Assembly: GCA_002269645.1 (NCBI GenBank)
Contig: NIVC01003993.1
Span: forward strand, 1 to 64,000
Direction: 5' to 3'
DNA: 64,000 nt
Source: Macrostomum lignano
Lineage: Eukaryota
Positions within the stretch are counted from its first letter, which is position 1. Each line of letters begins with the position of its first letter. The notes beneath the pieces were generated by a model, which was not told where the DNA came from, searched no databases, and saw only the letters and a program-made list of their open reading frames with translations. Shown here piece by piece: positions 23,236-38,645 of the stretch. A program made the position numbers and the translations under genes.

Positions 23236-24075
23236 TTACTTACTTCTGACGGGGGCAGGACGCCGCGATTAGGCCGTGAGGCCCCTATCGCAACCCCCAG
23301 CTAAAAACAGAAAGGCGTTAGCCTTGGGGCTGCGCCCACCCCTCGCCAGCAGCAGAAGAGCTCGCGAGGGTGGCGTCCGCGATCTTCATCCGTCCAGAGT
23401 CCCATAGGTCCCGGATCCGGTCAGAAGTGGTGAGCTCGTCCAGCCCTAGCGGGCGACCGAGGTGACGTCTCCGCGCCTCGTTGAAGCGCGGGCAGAAAGT
23501 GAAGTGGTGCTTCGAGGTTTCCTCCTCTAAATCACAGAAGGGGCAGATAGGGGAGCAACCACTTTGTAGTGAAATATGTCTCTGGAAGAAGCCATGGCCA
23601 GTAATGACACTCCCTGAGGTCAGTTTTACTTAAGGAGATTAGATATTCGAATACTTTCCGGTTTATGGCAGGCATTGCCGTTCGTGTTTGCCGATATTCG
23701 GAGCAGCTGTTCCAGTGCATCGGTGTTGGTGGTTCAGCCATTCTGAATGGCGCGGTTGACTGATGACTTCGGAGAAGGTAACTTGACCGAACGTTGCGCT
23801 CCATCCGGGATACTACCCCGTTTGGCGAGTTGATCCACTAGCTCGTTGCCGAGGATGTTGCTATGTCCTGTTGTCCAGATCACATTGATCCTGTTGAGAA
23901 TCGCCATGGTCTGCAAGCTTTTGAAGCAGTCTGAAACTGACTTGGTTGAGAGCTTGATGGAAGACAAGGCCTTAATAGCGGCCTGGCTGTCAGAGTAAAA
24001 ATTATGTCCAAGCTGCTGATAATATGAAAATAATACGCAATCTTGAGAAGATTCAAGTAAAAACCATGTTGACAA
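23236..24075 (-). mobile_element. 5'-truncated LOA/R1-type LINE fragment (RNase H + C-terminal Cys-His motif)
   Basis: [47 protein letters not shown]; TAAG-type tail at about 23236. Confidence 0.85.
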
Positions 24076-24711
24076 TTACATCAGAGACATTTAACTTTAT
24101 CTTTCGAAGATGGATTCTTCATCAGAACTCTGCGTGGAATTTTTACTCCTACTTTTTCTATCTCTCCATAGCCACTTCTTCCAGCAGCGAATAATTTAGT
24201 GGAAAACCTTAGAACTCAACTTCTTTGCAGTGTCTGCAAATCCTATATAAAATTCAAGCGAAGTGGTAGATGAGAGCCCACTACAAGCGGCTGCAGTCAC
24301 GCAACTGAGACGCCAGCATCAGCAGATAGGCTTGCTGTGTCTCATTAACGGTTTTCATATCTGCCAAGAGGCAGCTTCACTTGCCATGGATGGGCCGTGG
24401 CTGCATTAGCTATTCTATCCGATAGTTGATTGGCAAACAATTTTTACAAACGCTAAAAGCAGTCTTGAAGCAGAGTCTCAGCCATCTCAGTTTCGCTTTT
24501 CACCTGCCGCTGAAGAAGTTTTTCAGAGTTTTGGGGACATTGGCAGCCTCATTAAAAATGCAGCCAGCAGATGAAGCGTAGTGGCAAGCAAAATATTGTT
24601 TAAGCTGACATAGGAAGCCCAAAGCAACGGGAAGAAATTTTGTAAATAGGCACCACACAATATTTTTACATGAAAGCATCTACCTATACTGGACACCGAT
24701 TAGGATTCAAA

Positions 24712-25773
24712 ATGTCTGCAGGTAAGACGTAATCGCAATCATTCTGTTATCTTGCTAATATTTGATTAAAAAGTGCGATTTTACCGCCAGCTTCAGTTTT
24801 TTTTCTGCTGGCGGCATCTACGCTGATGGCTCTAACGCCTGCCTGCCAGTGCAGGTCCGGAAACACCTGGGCTCAGGTGCAGGTGAGGTGCCTGTCCGAG
24901 GCCGCCGCGATTTACCGAGCGCAGGCGAGCAGCGATGTGCACTGCTCTGTGATCGCGTCCAGCAAGCAGAAAGTCGGAATCATTTTGGCCCAGTTCGAGC
25001 CGGCCTCTCTCCGCTGCAGTCTCTTCCGCTACCAGTCCGTGTGTCGCGACCTTGTCTCTGGCGGTGCGAGCAGCGACTGCCGAGTGCTCATCCGATTTCC
25101 GATCAAATATCCGGCTCAGCTCAACCCGAAGCTCACAAACGTGTGGCTCGGAGACGACATGTCTGCATTTGAGAATGTCGTGTGCCAGGCTGACGAAGAG
25201 ACCAACCGAATTTATCCGGTCGGAGTCCAGTGGACAGAGGAGGGCGCCGCGTTCGATGGGAGCAGCTCGTTTCTGGCCATGAACAAGAGCAACATCGGGT
25301 TCGACACAGGCGTCACGGTGCTGCTCAGGATTAAGCGACAGCCGCAGGTGCAGCCGCTGTTTGAATTCCTGGACTGCGCCAACTTTGCCACAGGACCTTT
25401 CTACCACCACATCTGGGAGTATTCCTCAGTATCAAGGTTCTATGTCGTCTTCTACGATACTAATTCAGTACGTATCAGAATCATGTCGTCAGCCCTTCTC
25501 ACCGCGAACGCCAGCGAGTGGATCGACCTCGGATTCACGTCGACACCGACAACGGACTCTTATGGAATGTTTGTGAACGCCTCCTTCTTGCCGATGTCTG
25601 CCATCGATTTTTATACTGTAACTGCTTATATTTCGTTGTCGAAGTTCTGCTTTCGATTCGGCAAGCGGTACAATCATGCCACCCTGTTCAAGGGCTCGGT
25701 CAGGGCCATTGCAATCGGCAGCAGCTTCATGAACGAAACCGAGATTCGAGACTTCTTTGCCGCCCTGCCGTGA
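24712..25773 (+). CDS. Secreted PAN-like + LamG protein, copy 2
   Basis: Exon 1 ATGTCTGCAG|GT (24712-24721) and exon 2 from 24791 give the signal MSAASVFFLLAASTLMALTPACQC; mature region nearly identical to copy 1. Confidence 0.82.
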
Positions 25774-26684
25774 GGAGCAGCTCAGCAACTGGTGGACTCG
25801 CTACAGTTTAAACTGTGAACTCACGTCGGTTTTTAGGTTTCTATTTTTAGTATATAGGATAAGCTTACACTTAGGTCAGAGGGTGTTACCTTCTTGTGTT
25901 CTAATCTGGCAGAAATGCGAGCGTAATTGTCCTAATTCGTCTTTTGATTTCTACTTGATGTTTCTACTTTCTCGGACCCAACATACAGAATACACAGTGT
26001 AATACAACAACAAGGAAACTTATCCCGCCATCTACTCAGTGGAATGCTTGGCGGTAGCGTATGCATGTACATCTGTATTATTTGTCATTTATTTTTAGCT
26101 TCGGCAGGTATTCCTCCCCTTCTTGAATAGCCCGCAAAAGATACAAGTGATTGTTGTAGCTTTGTTGTAGCCCTTATAGCGGAATGAGCAGAATTGCAGA
26201 TCAAAGCGCATGGTTGAGGGACGATGTCGCTGAAGGTTGTCTGCAGCTCTCTTGTGAATATTATTTTATTGCGATATCAAGCGGCACATAAAAAACAGTT
26301 TTTGAATATACATATTAACTGGAAGCTTTGACTGCCCTATGATGAAAAGAGTTTAAGTTAGCAAAATGGAGTTAATTCTATAGGTCCGACACAGATTGCA
26401 GGCTCAGCCATTCATGCCCACAAACAGCATTAGAAGTTGCAGTAGTACGATATGGTACCCTTAATTCTGCATATGGAAATTACGTTGCTATCATGAAAAT
26501 TAATGTGCAAATGATTGCTCAAGTTAGCCTGACATAATGTCTTTCTGAATTCTGAGAAATTACCTCGCAAGACGCTACGCACTCGAATTCGTGCAAATGT
26601 TCGATGTGGTCTGGTTTTCGCTATGCATTACGTTAGCGAGATAAGAAGTTTTGAGTTTTTTACTTTAAGTTCACAATGATAGAT

Positions 26685-26790
26685 TATTCAGAGGAAAGGC
26701 TTTTTACACAACTGCCATAGCGTCGAGGCCGGTAGGCCGGTAGGCTGGGACGCGGTATGGCAGTTGTGTGTAAGGCATGACCTCTGAATA
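26685..26790. repeat. Palindromic hairpin element with GCCGGTAGGC loop
   Basis: TATTCAGAGG..TTACACAACTGCCATA / TATGGCAGTTGTGTGTAA..CCTCTGAATA inverted arms. Confidence 0.8.
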
Positions 26791-26881
26791 GTGTTATGTG
26801 TATAATTTCAGAAGGAAACATTACCAAAATAGCTTATGACACAATTCCTTGATACAGAATTGTTCACTAAGCAACTGTAAG

Positions 26882-27290
26882 TATTGGTTTTGTCAGCCTA
26901 ACTGAGAATAAAGCCATCCAAAGTGAGAATCCTGCCTACGCTGAATACGAAGGGCCTAGCTGCGTCCAGGCTAGTCTATGAGCCATATGAGTCTAGGATT
27001 TTAACTCTTCACTTTACTGTACTGTATCATCCAGTGTGTTCCTGTTTCCGTTATTCCGTTCAAGCTATTGGCTAGTCATATGGCTCAGAAGGTATAAAAA
27101 TAAAAGAATACGACGCATAGACCAATCGATTCTCACATTGGATGGCTTTTTATCACTTTGCTTGTCCTTTATTGTCTATGGCCCATAGACTAAGGCTGCA
27201 CGCAGCCAGGCCCTTCGCAGTCAGCGTAGGCAGGATTCTCACTTTGGATGGCTTTATTCTCAGTTAGGCTGACAAAACCAATATTTGTGT
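26882..27290. repeat. About 100-bp inverted repeat pair with GTCTATGG/CCATAGAC at the inner ends
   Basis: 26882-26990 is the approximate reverse complement of 27182-27290. Confidence 0.8.
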
Positions 27291-27463
27291 AATACGCAAT
27301 TTGCATTGAATAGTACCATAGACCATAGAATAGTACCATAGAATAAAAATACCATAGACATAGGAAAACAAGTGCAAAGCTTATAAGTCTGTAAGAGCAG
27401 TTAAGGGAGCGTAAACACCAGTATCGTCTTTTTGAGTTCATTTAATGGTAAGAATATATTTAA

Positions 27464-28956
27464 ATATATCATGATTAACTGGGCAAACCTTCCGATTGCT
27501 TATGTTATAAGTAGCTCCGAGGTCAGTTTTTTCAGCAATCTTAGCACGATAGGACGAAATGAAGCCAACGATGACCAACTGCTAGAGTTCATTCGATTTC
27601 TTGAACAACACATTCTTGCTGATCACGACAATCTCGACGACCTTATGCTTTTGCCCGACGAAGAATTCATTTCTACGGTGCCGAAGTAACAACTCAACGC
27701 AAAGAAATCTAAAACGGCTAACGAACCGGGTACGTCGGTTGTTCCGAATGCCAAATCGCACGAAGTTTGTTTGTCTGACGTTGTTGCGATGGATGATGCG
27801 GTGTTCCAAGCTTTGCCGCGTACAACCCGAGAGCAGATGCTTGAGCATGGAGACCGATTGGCCCGATTTGTCAAGATGAAAAGCAGTACCGCTGAACTAT
27901 CTACCATGCAACCAACGATGCTGAACGAGTAGATTTTTCTACTACACTCTGAAAACAAAGCAGAGAAGTATATATTCTTCAGCTTCGTTTGTCTGTATTA
28001 GAGCTGGCATACAGCAGGTATTTCGAGTTCTATCTTAAGAGGAAGGTCAATCTGAAAGGTGATGATTGTTTCGCGAGTTCCAACCGGATGTTAGAGACGA
28101 TGGCTAAAGTTTGTTGCCGCTGGTGGAGACGTCAAGCACTATGCTCTGATTGAACCGAAGGACATGGAAAAGCTAAAGCGCTACTTCAATGAGTCGAATG
28201 GAAAAATTTCAAGCGATGAACGACTGCAAGACGAGGTCTTCTTCATTTCGATGTACACGTTTGGAGAGCGCGGACAGGAACATGCGGAACATCTAACGAA
28301 GAAAGATGGAATTTCGTTTGGGCTAGACAGCGAGGAGCGTGAATATGCCTATCTGCCACATTTGCCGTCGAAAAATCGTGGTCGATTTCCTCTTAAGCAA
28401 GCTGCTAGTGCTGATGGCAAGCAAGTGCGCATGTATGACACCGCTATCTTGAAGCGCTACCTAGAACGCTTACCAGCTACCACCAAGGATGCTAGCCTAT
28501 TCCCGAAGCCACTGAAGGCCGGGAGAAGGCAAGGGCTTCTCAACGATGGTGAATCGCTAGGCAAGAACTGCTGGAACAACTTTACGAAAACTTTGAGTAC
28601 GAAGGCTGGCTTGCATAAGCAATACACAAACCACTGTATTAGGTAGGTCAAATGGCCTCTGTTCATGCTTTATAATTTAACAAAAAGTTTATATTTTAAT
28701 TTTCATATCTTTAAATGTGCATCACCTTCTTTTGCCTAGGGTTACTCGCATTTGCGACCTGCATTCGATAGGCCATAGTATCGACGAAATCGTGGCGGTT
28801 ACTGGACACAAGTGCGAGAAGAGTGTGCGTGGCTATCTAAGGTTGCAAAGGGATTCCAGTCTATACCGTGCGTCAATGGCTGTGCAGTGCGTTGAACTGT
28901 GTTTAGCCGATGCAGTCCGAGTCCAGCCGTGTCGAGAATTTTCAGGCAGTCCATGA
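27464..28956 (+). mobile_element. Crypton-type (DUF3504-like) tyrosine recombinase gene 1, decayed 5' part, with an intron
   Basis: LQDEVFF..FGERGQE, LGKN, YTNHCIR, TGHK..SVRGY. A GT-AG intron at 28643-28739 restores HCIRVTRI. In-frame stops at about 27687 and 27928. Confidence 0.85.
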
Positions 28957-29298
28957 ACCTTCAAGCAAAGTCATTGTAATGGATCCACCAGCTGAGATGA
29001 CCCACCAAATGGGTCTATCGGAGGAGCATTGTTCAAGAGCTGAACCTGGTAGTTTAAGTGGTAGCTAATTATCAGCCTCAAGTATTCCAGCAATTCATCC
29101 TGAGAGTTGTCTCTTATTTAAATGTTTGACTATCGTTCGGAAAAGCTAGTAGAAGAGGAGACGATGGATATAGGAAAGTCAGGGTGATATCTTTAAATAC
29201 AGCCGTTTAGCTTTGTCAGAAATTCTGCTTTTAAAGCCATTACATTCTTTTATGAACTCTTACTCTCACTTATTCATTATTGCAGGCATATTTTAGAC

Positions 29299-30342
29299 AT
29301 GAAGAAAGGTAAAACTGCTGTCAGACTGTCAATAATACTTTTCATTTTAAACTTTCATGGGCTTTAATTTCATTTTAGACTTTTTAGGTTGTCGATACAA
29401 CAGCTGCTTGGCTTTCTGGCATGCTGCCAGTGCAGGGCCGGAGACTCAGGTGCAGGTGAGGTGCCTGTCCGAGGCCGCCGTGATTTACCGAGCGCAGGCG
29501 AGCAGCGATGTGCATGCTCTGTGATCGCGTCGAACAAACAGAAAGTCGGAATCATTTTGGCCCAGTTCGAGCCGGCCTCTCTCCGCTGCAGTCTCTTCCG
29601 CTACCAGTCTGTGTGTCGCGACCTTGTCTCTGGCGGTGCGAGCAGCGACTGCCGAGTGCTCATCCGATTTCCGATCAAATATCCGGCTCAGCTCAACCCG
29701 AAGCTCACAAACGTGTGGCTCGGAGACGACATGTCTGCATTTGAGAATGTCGTGTGCCAGGCGGACGAAGAGACCAACCGAATTTATCCGGTCGGAGTCC
29801 AGTGGACAGAGGAGGGCGCCGCGTTCGATGGGAGCAGCTCGTTTCTGGCCATGAACAAGAGCAACATCGGGTTCGGCACAGGCGTCACGGTGCGGCTCAG
29901 GATGAAGCAACAGCCGCGGGTGCAGGCCTTCTTCGATTTTCTAAATTGTTCTGACTTCGAAACCGGACCCTACTACCACCGTATCTGAAGGTTCGACTCT
30001 GCATCTAAACTCCTTTTTGTTATCTAAACCGAAGCCGGTGCTGCTCCCACACGTTATCAATCTTCGACAACTCCGCTGACTTAGAACGCCAACGAGTGGG
30101 TGAACATCGACTACAGCGGCTGACTCGTGGGGAGCGTTCGTGAACGACGCCTTCTTGCCGACGGCCTCTGTCAGCCTGATTGCTAATTATAGCTATACTC
30201 TGCTGCCTCAGTTCTGCTTCAGGGGTTCGGCAAGCGACTCAATAATGACCGAATGTTCAAAGGCGCAGTGCGGGCCATCGCCATGAGCAGCAGTTTCATG
30301 TCCGAAGGCGAGATCGGCGAATTCTTCGCTGCTATCCATTGA
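29299..30342 (+). pseudogene. PAN-LamG copy 3, pseudogene
   Basis: Same 10-nt first exon (ATGAAGAAAG|GT); 8-bp deletion near 29445, a 1-bp deletion, TGA at 29986 and further stops; the C-terminus FKGAVRAIAMSSSFM is still recognisable. Confidence 0.85.
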
Positions 30343-30660
30343 TTTAGACTGTGTTACATGTACAATCGCAATGTCAGCAATATCATATCTCTGTTTAACG
30401 TTAATGGCAAGTGATGTACCGGCATATGAAAATCTGTTTGGCTTCTGTGTGAACTTATATTGCATCCCACTAAACTGTACCACTGTGTCAGACCAAATTT
30501 CTGATTTTACAAAGACTCTAAGTAGTTATATCTAGATGCATGACTCTTCAGAACTAAATAGAGACTTCAAAATCATTGCGAAACTATGACAACTCACGCA
30601 AACCTCACATCAGCAGCTAATCAAGAACCAATTATACTCTGCAGAAACCATACAATGGAT

Positions 30661-30763
30661 AAATAATCAGCGGTCCCAGTGCGTGACAACGATTGTCTGG
30701 CGAGCGCCGGTAGGCGCGAGCCATAGACAAATCGTTGTCACGCACTGGGACCGCTGATTATTT
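30661..30763. repeat. Near-perfect palindrome with GCGAGCGCCGGTAGGCGCGAGC loop
   Basis: AAATAATCAGCGGTCCCAGTGCGTGACAACGATT and its exact inverse. Confidence 0.9.
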
Positions 30764-31038
30764 GCATTCTTTTTCTGTTTGCCGATCCTACAGACAATGC
30801 ATTGTTTGTAGTAATGGATTGTTCTGCATAAAATATGCGAATAATGATCGTCAAATTGCTAAACAATGACGTAGTTTCGTTGCTCGTCTTAAACTAAATA
30901 TAGTCGCCTACTAATTTAGCTTTTGAACAAAGAAGGATTTGACCATAGAATTGCACTCTGTTGACTTTGATAGAGTCAATATTTAACGCTTAATATGATC
31001 GTTTAATATATTTCGAGTTATCAAGTTGTACTTGTATA

Positions 31039-32059
31039 TACCTTTCAATTTCGAATTCGTCAAAAGTGAGTTCAAATTCGTAGGCCATAGCAAATTCAAT
31101 GCTGTTGCTCAGCAGCCGCGGCCCAGTAGTCTATGGCCGGCTGGCTCAGAAAGTGAGTTCGAATTCGACAAAGAAAGTGAAATTCGTCAGTTCAAATACA
31201 GCCTGATCAGAAAATATCTTTGCTTTTGTCTATGCAAAAAATATGGTGGCTATGGTAAATTTAAGTAAAAAGTGAGTGAATTTCGTCTGTGGAAAACTAG
31301 CCCAGATTTTCGAAATTTTCATGCTTTAATTGTCGTTAGAAATTCCCTACACGAGAATTTCTAATGCGCAGCGTGGACAGAATCTGACGGTAGCGCTCGC
31401 TGTTAGCCCGCAGTTGGGACTGGTCCATCACCGCATCTTTGTGGGAGGCTTTACAGCGGACAGATTTTGTGAATTTATGATTGAAGTCGGGACCCTCGTT
31501 GATGATGAATTCATGGCACTTGCTGACAACGCCAGAGCACACGGTTTTGTGAATTTCTGGCGACTTGACCAGAAGCTTCAGTTCTTGCCACCTGACTCGC
31601 CTTTCTTGAACGCCACTGAAATGGCGATTTCTTGCATGAAGGCGGCCCTGAAGCAGCGCTTGACTGATCCTCAAGTCGTCTTTGAAGTTAATGATCGTCA
31701 GGCGGCAGTAGCGGCAGGTGAGACCCTGCAGAACCGGCGTCTTCGCATTTTGGGTCGAGAAGTGGAAGCTGTAATGGCTGCGATCACGGAGGAGAAATGC
31801 AGGCAATGGCATGAATTCACACTTTGTTACGGACCGCGGTGTCTGGCCCACGCAGACATTTTTGATTGATTGGATTGACTGTCAGATAATTTGGTCCTAT
31901 TAAAGTCTTGTCGCGATTTTGCTCGTCTGTTTTCCTGTTCTTTTTGTTCTGTTACTGTTGTGCTTTCCCTGTTATCAATGTTGAACTGACGAATTTTACT
32001 TATATTTTTACTCTGTCCAATTCGAACCCACTTTTGACGAATTCAAAATTGAAAAGGTA
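31039..32059 (+). mobile_element. Internally deleted Tc1/IS630-like element with TACCTTT termini; transposase C-terminal half at 31330-31869
   Basis: TIR TACCTTTCAATTTCGAATTCGTCAAAAGTG and its inverse; TA flanks; DNARAH, FLPPDSPFLNATE (DDE_3-type). Confidence 0.8.
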
Positions 32060-32413
32060 TATTGAAAAGGTGTATAAGGTATAAAGTTTGAACTTTCTCA
32101 GTCAGACACTGGCGCATGTGTTGTCTCTGGCCCAACCTGTATTATACCAATACCATAGACTAATACCGCGACCCTCGGATTCTCCATCTTTCTGCCCGAA
32201 TAAGGTCTTTGGTATCGCTATCGGTAAGGCTAGCAAGCCCTCACGATATATATATTTGCAGTTAGTCAGAATATCAGCCAGCGTGGAGGGGGTGGGTGAA
32301 ATGGGCCTGGACTAAATCAGCGTACATAGCAACAAATAATAGGCACGTACATTAAATCATGCATTATAAGGAAAACCAATAAGTTAATAGTCTACCTCCC
32401 GAACACTACCCAA

Positions 32414-32702
32414 ACGGCCGTTATGCAGAAAGCTTAGTCCAGACTAGCTAGTCCGGACTTGGGTAGTTCAGTCTATAGTCTATGGTCTAGCTTCCTTAGT
32501 TCTGTCTATAGTAGACCGGTCTAACTATGGGCCGTATGCAGAAAGCTTAGTCCAGACTAGCTAGTCTATAGTCTATGGTCTAGCTACCCTAGTTCTGTCT
32601 AAATTAGACCGGTCTGACTTTGCGTTTCTGCATACCAAATCCAAGTCCAGGCTAGCTTTTCAAGACCGGACTACCCTAGACAGAACTTTCTGCATACGGC
32701 CC
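32414..32702. mobile_element. Small MITE-like element, GGGCCGTATGCAGAAAG inverted termini, left part duplicated
   Basis: GGGCCGTATGCAGAAAG at about 32530 and its inverse at about 32685-32702; partial duplicate at 32414. Confidence 0.6.
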
Positions 32703-32960
32703 AAGGAGTATTGAGGTCAATACTCTTTGTTCCTACCCTAATTTGCAAGGGCGGGCAGAAACGCCATTTCTTGCCCGGTCTATGGTAACTCCATACTATT
32801 TGAGTGTGAACCTTTTCGAATTTTCATTTCCTGCCCGCTGCCGATGTCTATGGTAAAATTCACGGGTTAATGCTTCGTATGTGTCTCAAGTTTACTGTAA
32901 TTTCAGTTTCTCTGCTAAATATCTTGAATTGTATTAAACATAGAAGTACTATCTCGATAC

Positions 32961-34407
32961 ATGTCTCTCCTTGACTTGAAGTCGATTCACGGTGGCGTTA
33001 TAAGCGGTTTGCATCATGACGAGATGGATTTCTTAAAGTTATTCGCTGGGCAAGGACGATTAATTGACCAGTGGACTGGATTGCCGAATTCAGGAGTTGG
33101 AACCAGCAGAGCTTTGGATCCGGAATTGGATGCTCTACTGAAAGATCTTGCAGATCTATCATTTGAACAAGCTTCTGAACATGACTTTCGAGAGCTCAAC
33201 GACACTGAGATTCTCGGTATCCAAGCTGTGGAGACGACTGCTCGAACGCAATCAACTGATGTGAAGACAAGGCAGCACGTTGCATTGCTTTAGCAGTTTC
33301 TGCAGTCTAATGGTCTTCCGGACAACATCGAAGGCATGCCAGAGCGATACCTGGTGCAATACCTGAGACTCTGGTTTGTTTCTCTCAAGCGTAAAGACGG
33401 GAATTCCTACAGTGTCAACAGTCTGGTTGGATTTCGTGCCAGCATTCATCGCTATTTGAAACAGGAGCGCGACATTGAGGTAATTGGGAATCCTGTGTTC
33501 ATCGCCTTCGAGCGCACGTACAAAGCAATGCTAACTGCTTCGGTGAAGGCTGCACGTGTTGTTGGAGAGGACATTGGATTCCGCCAAATTGAGGAAGTTG
33601 ACAAGAAGAAACTGGCTGAGTACTTCGACCGCAGCAATCCGACGAAGCTGCAGGATGAGGTGTTTTTTTCTCATTGCCTGGCACTTCGGATTTCGCGGCC
33701 GCGAATGGATGCGAGATTTGGCACCTGATGTTTTCGTGTTCGGTGTAGAAGGGGACAAGTGTTGCTCTTTGAAGATTAGTGGCAAAGAGAAGACTACAAA
33801 TGCTGATAATCCAACAACAAATAAGCACATTAAAATGTTTGCTACTAAAAGCAAGAAACATTGTCCAGTTGCTGCTGTTCATCTGTATCTGGCACTTCTA
33901 CCAATGGACTGCAAGGTACTGTTTCCGAGACCTTTGGCCAAGTTTTCCCCTGGGAAATGTTACAGTCCTTCGCAGGTGATTGGAAAAAACACTCTAAATG
34001 ATATGATGACCAACATCTCCATGCGAGCTGGACTATCTACCAGGTATACTAACCACTGCATCAGACCTTCGGTGGTTACATCACTGGTTGATAAGGGAGT
34101 TTCTGTCCAAGACATTCAGGCTGTAACTGGACACAAGCGCGCAGAGTCTGTACAATGTTACACAAAGAGGATCAGTTCCGAGAAGAAGCAGAAGCTATCC
34201 AATTGTCTCAGTGAGTGCCTTCACCCGGAAGATCGCATTGATAGTGTTCAGATCTGCGATGCTTCGGCCACGGTTCCGACTGTTAGTGTCAATCCGGCAT
34301 CTCCCAATGTGTCAGGTAGTGCGACGGCGACGAATGCTCTAACTGGCCAGCCTCAACAGTTGGTTGGGCCTTTTAATAATTGTGCCTTCAATTTTTATTA
34401 TAAGTGA
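32961..34407 (+). mobile_element. Crypton-type tyrosine recombinase gene 2, intronless, nearly intact
   Basis: RKDGNSYSVNSL..FRASIHRYL, FGFRGRE, CPV....YL, IGKNTL, YTNHCIR, TGHK..SVQCY; one TAG at 33291 and one frameshift in a T-run at about 33662. Confidence 0.9.
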
Positions 34408-34704
34408 GTGATTGAGCAGACATTTGAAAGTGAGTCATTACTCACGAAAGACTAGTTTTGTTAGCAATTTGTTCACTATTTAAATGGAAATATAAAAAAC
34501 ACCACCCTAACGTACTCAATGGCTAATCTCGTAAGTTTTTCGTGCTATATTCTCTAATTATTGGTTTACTATATTAAATTTGAATATGAAAATTCCATCC
34601 ATCATTGTACCATGACCTTTGTGCCCGCTGGGCACTTATTCCTGCCATTTAATGCCATAGACTACATTTAAGCCCGCTTACAGGAGCCAAACTTACTTTA
34701 ATGC

Positions 34705-34745
34705 AAATTAGCGGGCAGTTAATGACATTAACTGCCCGCTAATTT
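34705..34745. repeat. Perfect 20-bp-arm hairpin downstream of YR gene 2
   Basis: AAATTAGCGGGCAGTTAATG-A-CATTAACTGCCCGCTAATTT. Confidence 0.9.
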
Positions 34746-34895
34746 TGTCCCACTTTGTCAAGGACACAAATGTCTATGGCACAATGATAGTAATACCCAT
34801 GACTTACTTGACTTAGCTGCAGGGGGCTCCGTGCGTCCGGAAACAGCGAGGAGGCGTTGCCGCCCATTTCGCTAACCCCTGGCGACCACGGGCAG

Positions 34896-38641
<3,746 letters not shown>

Positions 38642-38645
<4 letters not shown>

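Noticed and set aside
19927-25410. Minus-strand ORFs of about 190 aa opposite the PAN-LamG genes
   Set aside because: Antisense shadows of GC-rich coding sequence, duplicated only because the sense genes are
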